64,000 bases of DNA. Source: an uncultured delta proteobacterium (GTDB lineage: Bacteria; Myxococcota; Myxococcia; SLRQ01). Both the position numbers and the translations under genes were made by a program. Positions 9,914 to 20,791 of the stretch are shown here, in pieces. The first letter of the stretch is position 1. Each line of letters starts with the position of its first letter. The notes under the pieces were generated by a model that was not told the DNA's origin, ran no database searches, and was given only the letters and a program-made list of their open reading frames with translations. The DNA lies in NCBI GenBank assembly GCA_963727485.1, contig CAVSGM010000002.1:1504001-1568000 (forward strand), given 5' to 3'.

Positions 9914-11441
9914 TGCGCCGCCTCGTCCCCGTCCTCGCCCTCGTCTCCCTCGCCGCCTGCGTGCCCCAGGCCTGGCGCGGCTTCGCCCCCAAGATGCGCC
10001 TGGGGACCAACGTCGCCGCCCCGACCTTCAAGCAGGTCAGCCTCCCCAACGGCCTCACCCTCCTGGTCCACGAGGATGGCCGGGCCCCGGTGACCACGGT
10101 CCTGGTGGCCCTGCGCGCCGGCGGCTCCACCGATCCGGCGGGCAAGGCCGGCCTCGCCACCCTCACCGAGCAGCTCGCCGGCCACGGCGCCGGCACCCGG
10201 GACGAGCAGGCCCTCCAGACCAGCTTCGACCGCCTCGGCAGCCCCCTGGGGAACCTGGTGAGCGCCGACCAGTCGGTCTACGGCGTCACGGTGATGCCCT
10301 TCGACACCGGCCCGGCCCTGGCGCTGCTCTCCGACGTGGTCCAGCGGCCGCGCTTCGAATCCTTCGGTGTTCGCCCAGGTGAAGTCCCAGGCCATCGCCG
10401 ACGCCGAGATCCCGGTCACCGACCCCCAGGCCCTGGGCATCCAGGCCCTGCGCCGGACCATCTTCGGCGCCACGAGCCCCTACGCCCGCAAGCTCGACGG
10501 CACCCCCAAGAGCCTCGAAGGCCATCACCCTCGACGACGTGAAGGCCTGGCACCACAAGTGGGTCGGGCCCAACACCACCGCGGTGATCGTCACCGGGCG
10601 GGTGAACTTCCGGCAGGTCATCGGCTGGGTGAACCAGACCTTCGGCAAGTGGCAGGGCAAGGCCGCCGAGCCCCCGGCCCCCGAGGCCCCGTCGGTCGAG
10701 AAGCGCACCACCATCGAGGTGGTCCCCGAGCCGGGCCTCTCCCAGACGGTGATGGTCCTCGGCCGGGTGGGGGTGCCCATCGAGAGCTCCGAGCGCTTCC
10801 CCCTGGCCATCGCCACCGGCTTCGTCGGCGGGCGGATGAACATCCAGCTCCGGGAGGAGCAGCACGTCTCCTACGGCGCCGGCGCCGGGAGCGCCGCCTA
10901 CCAGGGCACCGGGATGCTCGTCGCCGCCTCCAAGGTGAAGGCCAGCGCCACCGGCGAGGCCCTCCGCACCAGCCTCGGCGCCCTCGAGCACACCCACTCG
11001 GGGATCATCAGCGACCGGATGGTCGCCCCGGCGCGCCTCGGGGAGATCGAGGGCCAGGTCGCCGGCACCGACTCCACCATCGGCCTCGCCTACGCCGCCG
11101 CCAACATCTTCTGGCGCCACCGGCCGCTCAACGCCCTGGTCACCGACATGCGCCGCCTCGAGCACCTCAAGAGCGGCCCGGTGCAGCAGGCCGCCAGCAA
11201 GTACCTCGCCCCGGACACCTGGCAGATCGTGCTGGTCGGCGACCCCAAGGTCATCCGGAAGCAGGTCTCGGGGCTGGGGCTCGGCAAGCTGGTGATGGTG
11301 GCCCCGCCCAAGGCCGAGAAGGAGGCCCCGGCGAAGCCCGCGGCCCCGGCGCCGAAGAAGGCCGAGGCCACCGCCGGCGCCAGCAAGGCCGGGCCCGACG
11401 CGAGCAAGGCCACCCCGGCCACCGGCAAGGCCGGCGGCTGA
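9910..11441 (+). CDS. M16 family peptidase, non-catalytic lipoprotein subunit (two apparent +1 frameshifts near 10358 and 10518)
   Basis: Lipobox SLAAC, LPNGLTL, GKAGLA with no HxxEH, LREEQHVSYG. Removing one A at each site gives a continuous RFDPSVFAQVK...SLEAITLDDVKAWH. Confidence 0.8.
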
Positions 11442-11564
11442 TCCCGGCGCGGTCCGCTCCCCCGAACCGCGCCCACGGACCCAGGTTTCGCCGGGACCCT
11501 GATTTGGATCAGGGCACCGCACGGCCGCTTCGCCTCTAATCCCCCGGGTGGGGATCCCCTTCGG

Positions 11565-12374
11565 ATGACCGGTGACGCCCGGGCCGCCCGGCGGCGGACG
11601 CGGCTCGCCCTCCGGGCGACCTGGCAGCCGCTCCTCCAACGGTTCCGGGTCCACGAGGGGCTGCTCCTGGCGGCGCTGGCCTCCCTGGTGGTGGTCGCCC
11701 GCCCGGCGCCGGGGCGCGGCCTCGCCGAGCTGGTCCTCGGGGTCTGGCTCCTGGCCCTCCTCTACGCCTACAACGACGTCCACGACGCCCCCCGGGACAC
11801 CGGCAATCCCAAGAAGGACCCGGCCCTGGTGGCGCACCTCTACGCCGACCGGGCCTGGCTTCGGGGCTGGATCCTGGCCCAGACTGGGGCGGTGGCCCTC
11901 CTCGCCGGGACTCTCCTCGGGACCGGGGCCCTCGTGGCCACCGCCGCCGTCGCCGGCCTCAACGTCGCCTACTCCCATCGCCTCAAGGGCGTCCCGGTCC
12001 TCGACGTCCTCACCGTGGGCCTCTGGGGCGCGGCCTACGTGACCCTGGTCCAGCCGCCGGTGGCCCTCTGCGTGCTCATCGGCGCCATGACCGCCATCAG
12101 CCACGTGTTCCAGACCCTCCGGGACCGGCGGGCCGACGCCGACGGAGGCGTGCACACAGTGGGGCAGCTCACGGAGGGCGGGGTGGCGATGGTGCTCCTC
12201 GGCGCGTCGGCGGTGCTCTTCGCGGTCCTCCTCCCGCTGGGCTGGCCCCTGGCGGCGAGCGCCGCCTTCCCCCTGGTCGCCTGGTGGGCCATCCGGCGAC
12301 CGGTGCCCGCCTGGCTCGTGGTGAAGGCCTACTTCGCCGCCGTGTGGGTGGTGGCCCTGGTGGTCCACCCGTGA
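11565..12374 (+). CDS. UbiA family prenyltransferase
   Basis: YAYNDVHDAPRD (NDxxD motif), AYSHRLKGVPVLD, RDRRADADGGVHT, multiple TM helices. Confidence 0.82.
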   Translation: MTGDARAARRRTRLALRATWQPLLQRFRVHEGLLLAALASLVVVARPAPGRGLAELVLGVWLLALLYAYNDVHDAPRDTGNPKKDPALVAHLYADRAWLRGWILAQTGAVALLAGTLLGTGALVATAAVAGLNVAYSHRLKGVPVLDVLTVGLWGAAYVTLVQPPVALCVLIGAMTAISHVFQTLRDRRADADGGVHTVGQLTEGGVAMVLLGASAVLFAVLLPLGWPLAASAAFPLVAWWAIRRPVPAWLVVKAYFAAVWVVALVVHP

Positions 12375-13378
12375 ACCTCCCCGACCGGGTCCGCCTCGCC
12401 TCGGCGTTCGGCCGCAGCCTGGTCGCCCACCGGCTGCACCTGCGCCCCCGGCCCTTCTCCGCCTCGGTGGCCGTCACCAACCGCTGCAACCTCCACTGCC
12501 GCTACTGCGACTTCCCCCGCCTCGACCGGCGACAGCTCGACACCGCCGACCTCACCACCGTCTTCGGCCGCCTCGCCCGGCTGGGGGTGCGGCGCCTGGG
12601 GCTGGTCGGCGGCGAGCCCCTGCTCCGGGCCGACCTCCCGGACCTCATCGCCGCCGCCCGGGACCTGGGCCTGTTCGTGAGCGTCAACACCAACCTCACC
12701 CTCCACGCGCGCCACCCCGAGCGCCTCCGGGGCGCCCAGCTGGTGTTCACCAGCCTCGACGGGGGCCCGGACGCCCACCGGGCCAACCGCGGTGACGAGG
12801 GGCCCGAGCCGGTCCTCGCCGCCATCCGCCGCCTCCGGGCCCGGGGGGTGCCGGTGATCGCCATCTTCGTGGTCACCGCCCACAACCTCGACGACGCCGG
12901 GGCCGTGCTCGACCTCGCCGCCGCCGAGGGCTTCCGGGTCCACTTCCAGCCCCGGTGCGAGGGGGCCCCGGTGGTGCGCGCCGACCCGGGCCTCGACGCG
13001 GACTCGGCGGCGCTCCGGGCGCTGTTCCGCGACCTCGCCGTCGCCCGGGCCCGGGGGGCGCCGGTGGCGAGCTCCGCCGGGTACCTCGCGTCCCTCGCCC
13101 GCTGGGAGGACTTCCGGGTGAGCGCCGTGGACGACCCCACCACCCGCTGCGCCGCCGGCACCGGCTTCCTCTTCGTGGATCCCCAGGGGCGGGCCTGGCC
13201 CTGCGCCTTCACCCAGGGCGTGGCCGAGCCCGTGGACCTCCTCCGCCAGGACTGGGCCCGGGCCTTCTCCGGTGACACCCCGTGCACCCGGTGCGCCGTG
13301 GGCCCCTACGTCGAGTTCAACGCCCTCTTCCGGCACCCGGCGGCCACCTCCCTGGCCCTCGCCCGCAGCTATGGCTAG
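12371..13378 (+). CDS. Radical SAM protein with C-terminal SPASM/twitch-like Cys motifs
   Basis: CNLHCRYC, GGEPLL, CAAG...GRAWPC, CTRC. GTG start overlaps the UbiA stop (GTGA). Confidence 0.9.
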   Translation: MNLPDRVRLASAFGRSLVAHRLHLRPRPFSASVAVTNRCNLHCRYCDFPRLDRRQLDTADLTTVFGRLARLGVRRLGLVGGEPLLRADLPDLIAAARDLGLFVSVNTNLTLHARHPERLRGAQLVFTSLDGGPDAHRANRGDEGPEPVLAAIRRLRARGVPVIAIFVVTAHNLDDAGAVLDLAAAEGFRVHFQPRCEGAPVVRADPGLDADSAALRALFRDLAVARARGAPVASSAGYLASLARWEDFRVSAVDDPTTRCAAGTGFLFVDPQGRAWPCAFTQGVAEPVDLLRQDWARAFSGDTPCTRCAVGPYVEFNALFRHPAATSLALARSYG

Positions 13379-15149
13379 CCGTCGGCGGTGGCCGGGTGCC
13401 GGGGAGATCGCGGTGGGGCTGGTGGCCGCCTCGGTGGTCGCCCTCGCCCTCGTGGTGTTCACCCGGGAGGCCGCCCGGCTCTCCCCGGCCCTGGCGAAGA
13501 TCCTGGTGCAGCAGCTCCAGGTGGCCCTGGGGGACGGGCACCTCTTCGCGCACCCCGGCGACCCCCTGCCCCTGCCCCGGGCCCTGCAGATGCTGTGGCT
13601 GGGTCCGGCGACCACCGCCGAGGCCCTCTTCACCCTGGCCCTCCGCCGCCTCACCGGGACGGTGGCGGCCCTCACCGCCCAGCGCGCCTTCCAGGTGGCG
13701 CTCTTCGAGACCGGGGCCCCGCTCCTCCTCGTCGCCGCCCGGCGCCGGGGGCTGCCCCGGGGCGAGGCCATGGCCCTGGCCCTGCTCTACGCCCTCCAGC
13801 CGGTGGTGCTCACCAAGCTCGCCTGGGACACGGTCCTCCCGGCGGCGCCGCTGGTGATCCTCGCCTACCTCGGGTGGCTGCAGCGGCGCTTCGGCCACTT
13901 CGCCGCCGGGCTCCTCCTCGCCGCCGCCACCCACCCCTTCGCCTTCGCCGGCGCCGCCCTGCTCACCGTTTGGCTGGGCCGGGGCGAGACCGATCCCCGG
14001 GCCCGCCGCGCCCTGGGGCGCACCCGCGTCGCCCTCCTCGCCCTGGGCACGGTCACCGTCTCGGGGGTGGTGCTCCCCGGCCTCCTCTGGCCCCACGGCC
14101 CGACCCTCGCCGGGGCCCTGACCCACGGCCGGACCCTCGTGGGCCTGGTCCGGGAGCCAGCGGGGCGCCTCCTGGGGATCCTCGGCACCAACGCCGCGGC
14201 CATCGGTCTGCTGGTCCTCGCCGCCGGCGGCGGGCTCCTGCGCCGGCCGGGGATGATCTGGGTGGTCGCCCTCGACCTCGGCTACGCCCTCTTCTCCTAC
14301 CAGGGACTCGACCACGGTCTGGTCGGCGCCACCTTCGGGCTGCTGGTGGTCCTGTGCGTCGAGGCCGCCGCCACCCGCCCGGGGCCCGGCGTCCGGTGGC
14401 TCCTCGGGGCCGGGGCGCTGGCGGTGGCGGTGGGCTGGGGCGTCGCCGGGCCCCGGAGCCTCCTCGCCCAGCTGGGCGATCCCGCGCCGCCCCCGGCGCT
14501 CGCCGAGCTCACCGCGGCGCCCCTGCCGGCGCTCGCCGGGCCCTGCGCCGTGGAGGCGACCCTGGTGCCCTACGTCCTCGATCGCTGCCCCGGCGCCCGG
14601 GCCTACGGGGACGGGGCTCAAGGCGATCGGCAAGCCCGGCCCCCGCCGGCGTTCGTCGTGCTGTCGCCGGCGCGCCTCACCGCCCCGGCGGCGGCCTGGC
14701 CCCGGGGGTACCAGGAGCTGCGCCGCCTGGACCGGGACCGCCGGGCGCTGGGGCGGATCCGCGCGGCGATCGCCGCCGGCCACCTGGGGCTGGTCCGGGT
14801 GGCCGGACCCCTGGTGGTCCTGGGCCGGGACCGGGGGCGGCCGGTGCCCCCCTGGATCCCCGCGGCCCTCGACCGGGTCCTCCAGACGGCGCCGGCAGAT
14901 CGGGCCGCCGGCCCACCTCCCGGGCGCGGGCCCGAGGTCACTCGCCGAACACCCGCTCCAGGCGCACCGCCGCGGGCAGGGTCCGCACCGCCTCCATCAG
15001 GGGCCCCCGCGCCCGGCGCCAGAACGCCGCCAGGGGCTCCCCGGGCTCGGTGTCCAGACGCCGTACCGCCGAGGCCAGCTGCCGCAGGGCCGGGGCCAGC
15101 TCCGGCACCGAGATCGGGTCGTTGTCGTAGCGCGGCGCCAGGCAGTTGA
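13371..15149 (+). CDS. Polytopic membrane protein, possibly glycosyltransferase-like (true 3' end uncertain)
   Basis: Many hydrophobic helices. ATG overlaps the radical SAM stop. The last ~70 codons overlap the opposite-strand halogenase and look non-coding. Confidence 0.55.
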   Translation: MASRRRWPGAGEIAVGLVAASVVALALVVFTREAARLSPALAKILVQQLQVALGDGHLFAHPGDPLPLPRALQMLWLGPATTAEALFTLALRRLTGTVAALTAQRAFQVALFETGAPLLLVAARRRGLPRGEAMALALLYALQPVVLTKLAWDTVLPAAPLVILAYLGWLQRRFGHFAAGLLLAAATHPFAFAGAALLTVWLGRGETDPRARRALGRTRVALLALGTVTVSGVVLPGLLWPHGPTLAGALTHGRTLVGLVREPAGRLLGILGTNAAAIGLLVLAAGGGLLRRPGMIWVVALDLGYALFSYQGLDHGLVGATFGLLVVLCVEAAATRPGPGVRWLLGAGALAVAVGWGVAGPRSLLAQLGDPAPPPALAELTAAPLPALAGPCAVEATLVPYVLDRCPGARAYGDGAQGDRQARPPPAFVVLSPARLTAPAAAWPRGYQELRRLDRDRRALGRIRAAIAAGHLGLVRVAGPLVVLGRDRGRPVPPWIPAALDRVLQTAPADRAAGPPPGRGPEVTRRTPAPGAPPRAGSAPPPSGAPAPGARTPPGAPRARCPDAVPPRPAAAGPGPAPAPRSGRCRSAAPGS

Positions 15150-16561
15150 GCTGCCAGTTCTCGGTCTGGAAGAGGCTGGGGGCGGCCGGGTCCCTCGGCT
15201 CCACCAGGAAGAAGAGGCTCGGGGGCCTCGGCCCGTCCTGGTGGCGCAGGTGGAGACAGAGGAAGCCCAGCTCGTCGGGGTCGGCGTCGTCGAGGGCCGG
15301 CCGATCGTCGCCGGTGGCCCGGGCCGCCCGGCTCCGGTGGTCGGCGGTGCGCCGCTCGTCGAGGGCGAGGTTGCGGACCAGGCCGCTGGTGAGCACCAGG
15401 AACGCCTTCTGGGGATCGAGGCGCGGGGCCGTCTCCACCAGGATCTCCTTGGACTCCCAGAAGTAGTCCTCCTTGGCGAGGTTCTGCTGGTAGAAGAACC
15501 GCACGATCCGGGTGAGGTCGTCGAAGAGCGCGCGGTGGGCGGTCTCGTACTCGGCCACCAGCGCCGCCTCCTCGGCCCCCTCGCGCACCAGCCGCACCGC
15601 CGCCCCGGCCACGTGCCAGCCGGCGTGCATCGCCAGGAACACCCCCTGGGAGAGGACCGGGTCGAGGAAGCCCGCCGCGTCACCGGCGAGGAAGTACCCG
15701 GGGCCGGCCACCTGGCGCATCCGGTAGCTCCAGTCCCGCTCGTGGCGGACCTCGGTGACCCGCTCGGCGCCGGGCCCCAGCACCGCCCGGATCTCCTCGC
15801 ACCCCGCCACCGCCGCCTCGAAGCGCCGGGTGCGCTCGGCCTTGTCGGCCTTGTCGTCCTCGTCGAGGCGGACCACGCCCACCGAGGCCGTCTCCGGGCC
15901 CAGGGGGAAGTGCCACAGCCAGTGGCTGCGATCGGCGGCGAAGAGGGCCTGGCGCGCCCGGGGATGGGGCTGGCGGCCGCGGCTGCGGTAGTGGGCCCAG
16001 GCGGCCTGGTGCTCGAGGCCGGGGATGGGCTCGCGGAGCTTCAGGTCCCGGGCCACCACCGCGGCCTGGCCGGTGGCGTCGAGGGTGACCCGCGCCGCCA
16101 CGGTGGTTTCGCCCCCGCCGGCGGGGTCGGCGATCCGGGCGCCCTGGAGGCGGGGGCCGTCCCAGAGCAGGCGGGTGGCCACCGCCCGCTCCCGGACCTC
16201 GGCGCCGGCCCGGCGGGCGGCCTCGAAGAGGATGGCGTCGAACCGCGACCGCTCCACGAACCAGGCGTGGTCGTAGGCCTCGGTCTCCTCGAACCACAGG
16301 TCCCACCGGGGGGTGCGCCCCCAGCGCAGGTGGGTGGAGCCCGACTTGCGCTCGAAGGCGGCCTCCACCTCGGCCAACACCCCCAGCTCGTCGAGGATCG
16401 GCACCACCCCGGGCAGGAGGCTCTCGCCCACGTGGGTGCGGGGGTGCCGCCGGGCCTCGACCAGCACCACCCGGAGGCCGGCGCGGGCGGCGAGGGTGGC
16501 GGCGGTGGACCCGGCGGGACCGCCGCCGAGGACCAGGAGAATCGACCGGGGCCCCGCTCAT
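14938..16561 (-). CDS. Flavin-dependent halogenase-like oxidoreductase (+1 frameshift near 16540)
   Basis: Corrected N-terminus VDLLVLGGGPAGSTAA, HVGESLLP, ERKSG (putative catalytic Lys), WLWHFP, GDAAGFLDPVLSQGV. Confidence 0.85.
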
Positions 16562-18458
16562 CGCCGGGGGGCCCCGGCCGCGAGGAGGGCGGCCAGCGGC
16601 CCGGCCACCGAGGCGAGCAACCGGTCGAGGCGTCCCAGGTCCTCACCGTCGAGATGCTGGCCCTCGTAGGCCGCGGACATCCCCTCCACCTCCTGGTAGC
16701 AGGGGCGGCCGCCGCCGTCCCCGCGCCAGAGGACCACTGCCAAGCGTCCCTGGGGGGCCACCAGCTCGAGGCGGACCTCGGCGTCGTCCACCCGGCCGGC
16801 GGCGGCGAGGACCCAGGCCCCGCCGGTGGCCGTCTCGGTGGCCTCGGAGAGGCGATCCAGGGCGGGGGTGGAAAGCGGCGTCGAGGCCGGGGCCCCGGAG
16901 GTCGCGCCTCCCGGCGCCCCGGCGTCGTGGGCCGCGTCGGGGGCGGGGGCCTCGGGCGTGGGGGGCGGCGCCGGCCAGGGGCCCTGGACCCGGACCCGGG
17001 CCACGGCGTCGCCCGCGGGCACCACCGCCGGCGGCAGGGTCGCCACGGGCCCCCGGTACCGGGCGTAGAGCCGGCCCCATCCCTCGGGCCGGCGCACGGG
17101 GTGGGTGAAGAGCATCAGCTCAGTGTCCAGGTCCACCGAGAGCCGCGCCGGGGCCAGGTTCCACAGGCGCTTGCGCCCCAGGAAGAACACGTCCGGCCAC
17201 CCGGCGTCGAAGTCGAGGACCGAGAGGAGATCCCGGGCCCAGACCTCGAGTCCGCAGGCGAACGCCGTACGGGGATTGGGGGCGGGGGCCTCGGTGAAGG
17301 CGGCCCGGGTTGGGTCGTAGGCGAGGACCCGCGGCGGCAGGGAGGCGTGGTGGAGCACCAGGGCCGCCTGGGGGCGCACCCCCGGCGCCAGAATCCCGCC
17401 CGGCCTGGAGGGCGTGGAGCCCCTTGAAGGTGGTGCGGTTGAACAGGTCCCCGGCCCAGGCCTGGCACCCGGTCTCGAGGCGCGCCCACTCGTCCGCGGT
17501 GAGGGCCGCGTCGCCCGAGAGCGGCCGCGTCCCCATGGGGTTCGCCGGGCGCGGCGCCGGGGCGGCCGGCGACGCCGGCTCGGCGCGGAGGAACGGGGCC
17601 TGGTCCCGCACCGCCACCACCTCGCCCCCGGCCATCACCACCGTCAGCCCCGGGGCCGTCGCCCGCACCGGCTGGCGGAGCCGGGTCCCGACCCGGGTGG
17701 CCACCCGGCCGGGGTCGGCGACGAAGACCGCCTCGCCCAGGGGCCCGAGCGGGCCGGTGGGCCGCAGCCCCTCGCCATTGACCAGGAACTGCGCAGGCCG
17801 GCGCCCGGGGAAGGCCGCAAGGTACTCAGCGACCACCTGCTCGGCCACCGCCCCGTCGGGGTCCTCGTCCCGGGGCAGCCAGGGCCGGAACACCCCCTGG
17901 TCGAGGTCGGGCATCGGCCTCACCCAGACCCCGGGCACGGCAATCTCCCCCAGGACCTCGGCGGCCCAGGCCGGCGGCTGGTGGAGATCCACGGAGGTGA
18001 AGAAGCTGCCGTCGCCCCCGTGGGGCTCGACCACCAGCGGCGCGGTCGCCAGCTCGTTGCCCCCGGTGGGGAGCACCTCGACCGCGGGCGCCAGGGGCCG
18101 GAATCCGCGAATCGCCGAGGTGGCGATCCTCCCCTGGGCGCAGGGCCACCACCTGGAAGCCCAGCTCGGCAACCGCGGCCCGGGCCGCCGCGGAGCTGTG
18201 CGCCGGGAGGTGGATGGGCACCCGACGGTCGAGGAGGGCGAGGCTCGGCAGGTCGAGGTGATCCGGGTGCTCGTGGGAGATCACCACGCCGTCCACCGGC
18301 GGCATCGACGCCAGGTCCAGGTCCCGTCCGGGGTGGAGCGCCATCCGGGTCAGGGGCAGGTGGGCGAGGCCCGGTCGGAGCAGCGGATCGACGAGGAGCC
18401 GGGTGTCGCCGCTGTCGATGAGCCAGCCCTGGTGGCCCAGGGCGGTGACCGTAAACAC
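16558..18458 (-). CDS. Metallo-beta-lactamase-fold protein with long C-terminal extension (+1 frameshifts near 18103 and 17393)
   Basis: LGHQGWLI, LLVDP, SHEHPDH (HxHxDH). Three ORF pieces join after single-base corrections. The stop overlaps the halogenase ATG. Confidence 0.78.
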
Positions 18459-18574
18459 CGGCGCATCGTACCAGAGGCCCGGCGCCGGAAACAGGCGCGG
18501 CCGCCCAGTGGGGGCACGGACCCGCCCCGGGCGGGCCCTGGTCTGGCGGCGGCCCCCTCGGCTAGAGTCGGCGC

Positions 18575-20791
18575 ATGGCGGACACCACCGATCTCGTGGT
18601 CATCGGCGGCGGCCCCGCGGGTGGCCTGGTGGCGGCCCTGGTCCGGCAGCAGGACCCGGACCGCCGGGTGGTGCTCCTCGAGCGGGGACGGTTCCCCCGC
18701 CACCACGTCGGCGAGTCGTCGATCCCCTCGTGGCGGCCGATCCTCGAGCGGGCCGGGGTGCGGGAGAAGGTCGACGCCGCCATCCGCACCCGGAAGGTGG
18801 GCACCATCTTCTGGTGGGGCACCAGCGAGGATCGGACCTGGACCATCGACTTCCGCGACACCCGCACCGGCGGCGCGCCCCCGGCGAGCTACCAGCTCGA
18901 CCGCTCGGTCTTCGACCAGGTGCTCCTGGACCACGCCGCCGAGCTCGGGGCCGAGGTGCACCAGGAGGCCACGGTCACCGCGGTGACGCCCCTGGGCTCC
19001 GGGCGCCACCGGGTCACCTGGCAGGCCGGCGACGAGACCCACCACCTCGAAACCGACTACGTGGTCGACGCCTCGGGACAGGCGAGGCTCCTCGCCCGGC
19101 TCTTCCGCCTGCCCCTGGTGGGCTTCGACGACATGAACAACTTCGCCGTGGTCGGCTACTGGCGGGGGAGCAAGCTCGCCCAGTACGACTGGCCGGTGGC
19201 CGAGCACGAGCGCTGGACCTACATCGCCGCCTCCGACGACGGCTGGGTCTGGCACATCCCCCTCGACGGCGACCTCGTGAGCGTGGGGCTGGTAACCGAC
19301 GGAGACTCCCTGCCCAAGGGGGGCGCCTCCGAGCTCGAGGCCCACTACCTGCGCAACGTCCGCGCCTGCCCCCCGGTGGCGGCGCTCCTCGAGGACGCCA
19401 CCCTCGACCGCCACCCCCTGGCCCCCCAGGCCCTGACCACGGTGCGGGACTGGTCCTATCACTGCGAGGAGGCCTGCGGCCCCGGGTGGTTCGTCGCCGG
19501 CGACGCGGCGGTGTTCGTGGATCCGGTGCTCTCCAGCGGGATGCTACTGGCGGCCAACGGCGCGTCCATGGCCGCCAACGCCCTCCACACCCTGTGGCGC
19601 GACCCGGCGGTGGACCCGGCCCTGCTCCGCCGCAGCTACACCGATACCTACCGGGACATGGCCGGCAGCTACCACCGCCTGGCGCGCATCTGGTACGCCC
19701 GGAACTTCAAGGCCTCCACCTGGCACTGGGAGGCCAAGCGCCAGCGGCTGATGGCCGGGGGCCGCGCCGACGCCGAGACCGACGCCCGCGCGTTCCTCGC
19801 CCTCTGCCTCGGCTCGTTCACCAACCCCCTGGAGGCGGCGATCCGCGGGGATCGGGGAGACCTGCTCCGGCCCGACGCCCGGATCTACGCCGGCCACCTC
19901 TTCGCCGACGACGTCCGCGACAATCCCCTCTACGCCGTCCTCGACGACGCCACCGAGACCGGCGCCACCGAGACCGAGACCCGGGCGGCAATCCGGGCCG
20001 ACACCGCCCGGCAGTGGCAGCGGATGCTCCATGCCCGCCCCCGCCTCAATCACTGCACCTGGGAGACCCGGGAGAGCTACGTCACCGACGGGTACCTCAA
20101 TCACTGGGAGCGGGTGCGGCTCATCGAGGTCCGGGCCCGCGCCGAGGACGACGCCTTCGGGCGGGTGATCCTGCCCTCCCCCGAGGTCGCCCGGGACGGG
20201 GTGCTGCCCTTCCTCGACGGGCGGCGCACCCTCGCCGAGGCGCTGGAGGCGGCGGCCGCGGACACCCCGGTGGGCTCCCAGGCCTACGACGAGCTCCTCG
20301 AGGGCCTCCAGTACCAGATCTTCCAGCTCGACTTCCGCTGCTGGCTCGACGGGGTGGCCGAGGCCCCGCCGGCGCCGACCCCCGAGGCCCTGCCCGCGCC
20401 CCTCGAGGCGGTGCTCCGGGGCGAGACCGGCGGGCCGGCGGCGCGCTTGGAGATCGGGCTGCTGGGAGAGACGGCGACGGTGCGCTTCGAGGACGACTCG
20501 GCGCCCTGGACCCTCACCCGCCTCGACCGCTCGCCCGAGGGCTACCGCTACGCCGCCTCGGCGACCACCGCCTTCGCCTACCGGGGCCGTGACCTGGCCC
20601 CCGAGGCCCGGGCGCGCCTCGACGACCTGGTGGCGGCGCTCCGGCGCCTCGAGGCATCGGACCCGGAGGGCGCGGACGGCCTCTGGCCCCGGATCCTCGG
20701 GCCCCGGGCCGGGGAGGTGGTGGCGCCGGCCGCCGCTGCCGAGCTCCCCGACCTCACCGAGCCGCCCCCGGCCGTCGACGGGGTCGGGTGA
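18575..20791 (+). CDS. Flavin-dependent halogenase-like enzyme with C-terminal RRE/PqqD-like region
   Basis: GGGPAG, HHVGES, TRKVG, WVWHIP (WxWxIP), GDAAVFVDPVLSSG; C-terminal FLDGRRTLAEAL. Confidence 0.88.
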   Translation: MADTTDLVVIGGGPAGGLVAALVRQQDPDRRVVLLERGRFPRHHVGESSIPSWRPILERAGVREKVDAAIRTRKVGTIFWWGTSEDRTWTIDFRDTRTGGAPPASYQLDRSVFDQVLLDHAAELGAEVHQEATVTAVTPLGSGRHRVTWQAGDETHHLETDYVVDASGQARLLARLFRLPLVGFDDMNNFAVVGYWRGSKLAQYDWPVAEHERWTYIAASDDGWVWHIPLDGDLVSVGLVTDGDSLPKGGASELEAHYLRNVRACPPVAALLEDATLDRHPLAPQALTTVRDWSYHCEEACGPGWFVAGDAAVFVDPVLSSGMLLAANGASMAANALHTLWRDPAVDPALLRRSYTDTYRDMAGSYHRLARIWYARNFKASTWHWEAKRQRLMAGGRADAETDARAFLALCLGSFTNPLEAAIRGDRGDLLRPDARIYAGHLFADDVRDNPLYAVLDDATETGATETETRAAIRADTARQWQRMLHARPRLNHCTWETRESYVTDGYLNHWERVRLIEVRARAEDDAFGRVILPSPEVARDGVLPFLDGRRTLAEALEAAAADTPVGSQAYDELLEGLQYQIFQLDFRCWLDGVAEAPPAPTPEALPAPLEAVLRGETGGPAARLEIGLLGETATVRFEDDSAPWTLTRLDRSPEGYRYAASATTAFAYRGRDLAPEARARLDDLVAALRRLEASDPEGADGLWPRILGPRAGEVVAPAAAAELPDLTEPPPAVDGVG

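Noticed and set aside
11497..11514. Hairpin CCCTGAT-TTGG-ATCAGGG upstream of the UbiA operon
   Set aside because: Single short palindrome with no second copy seen; cannot assign a function.
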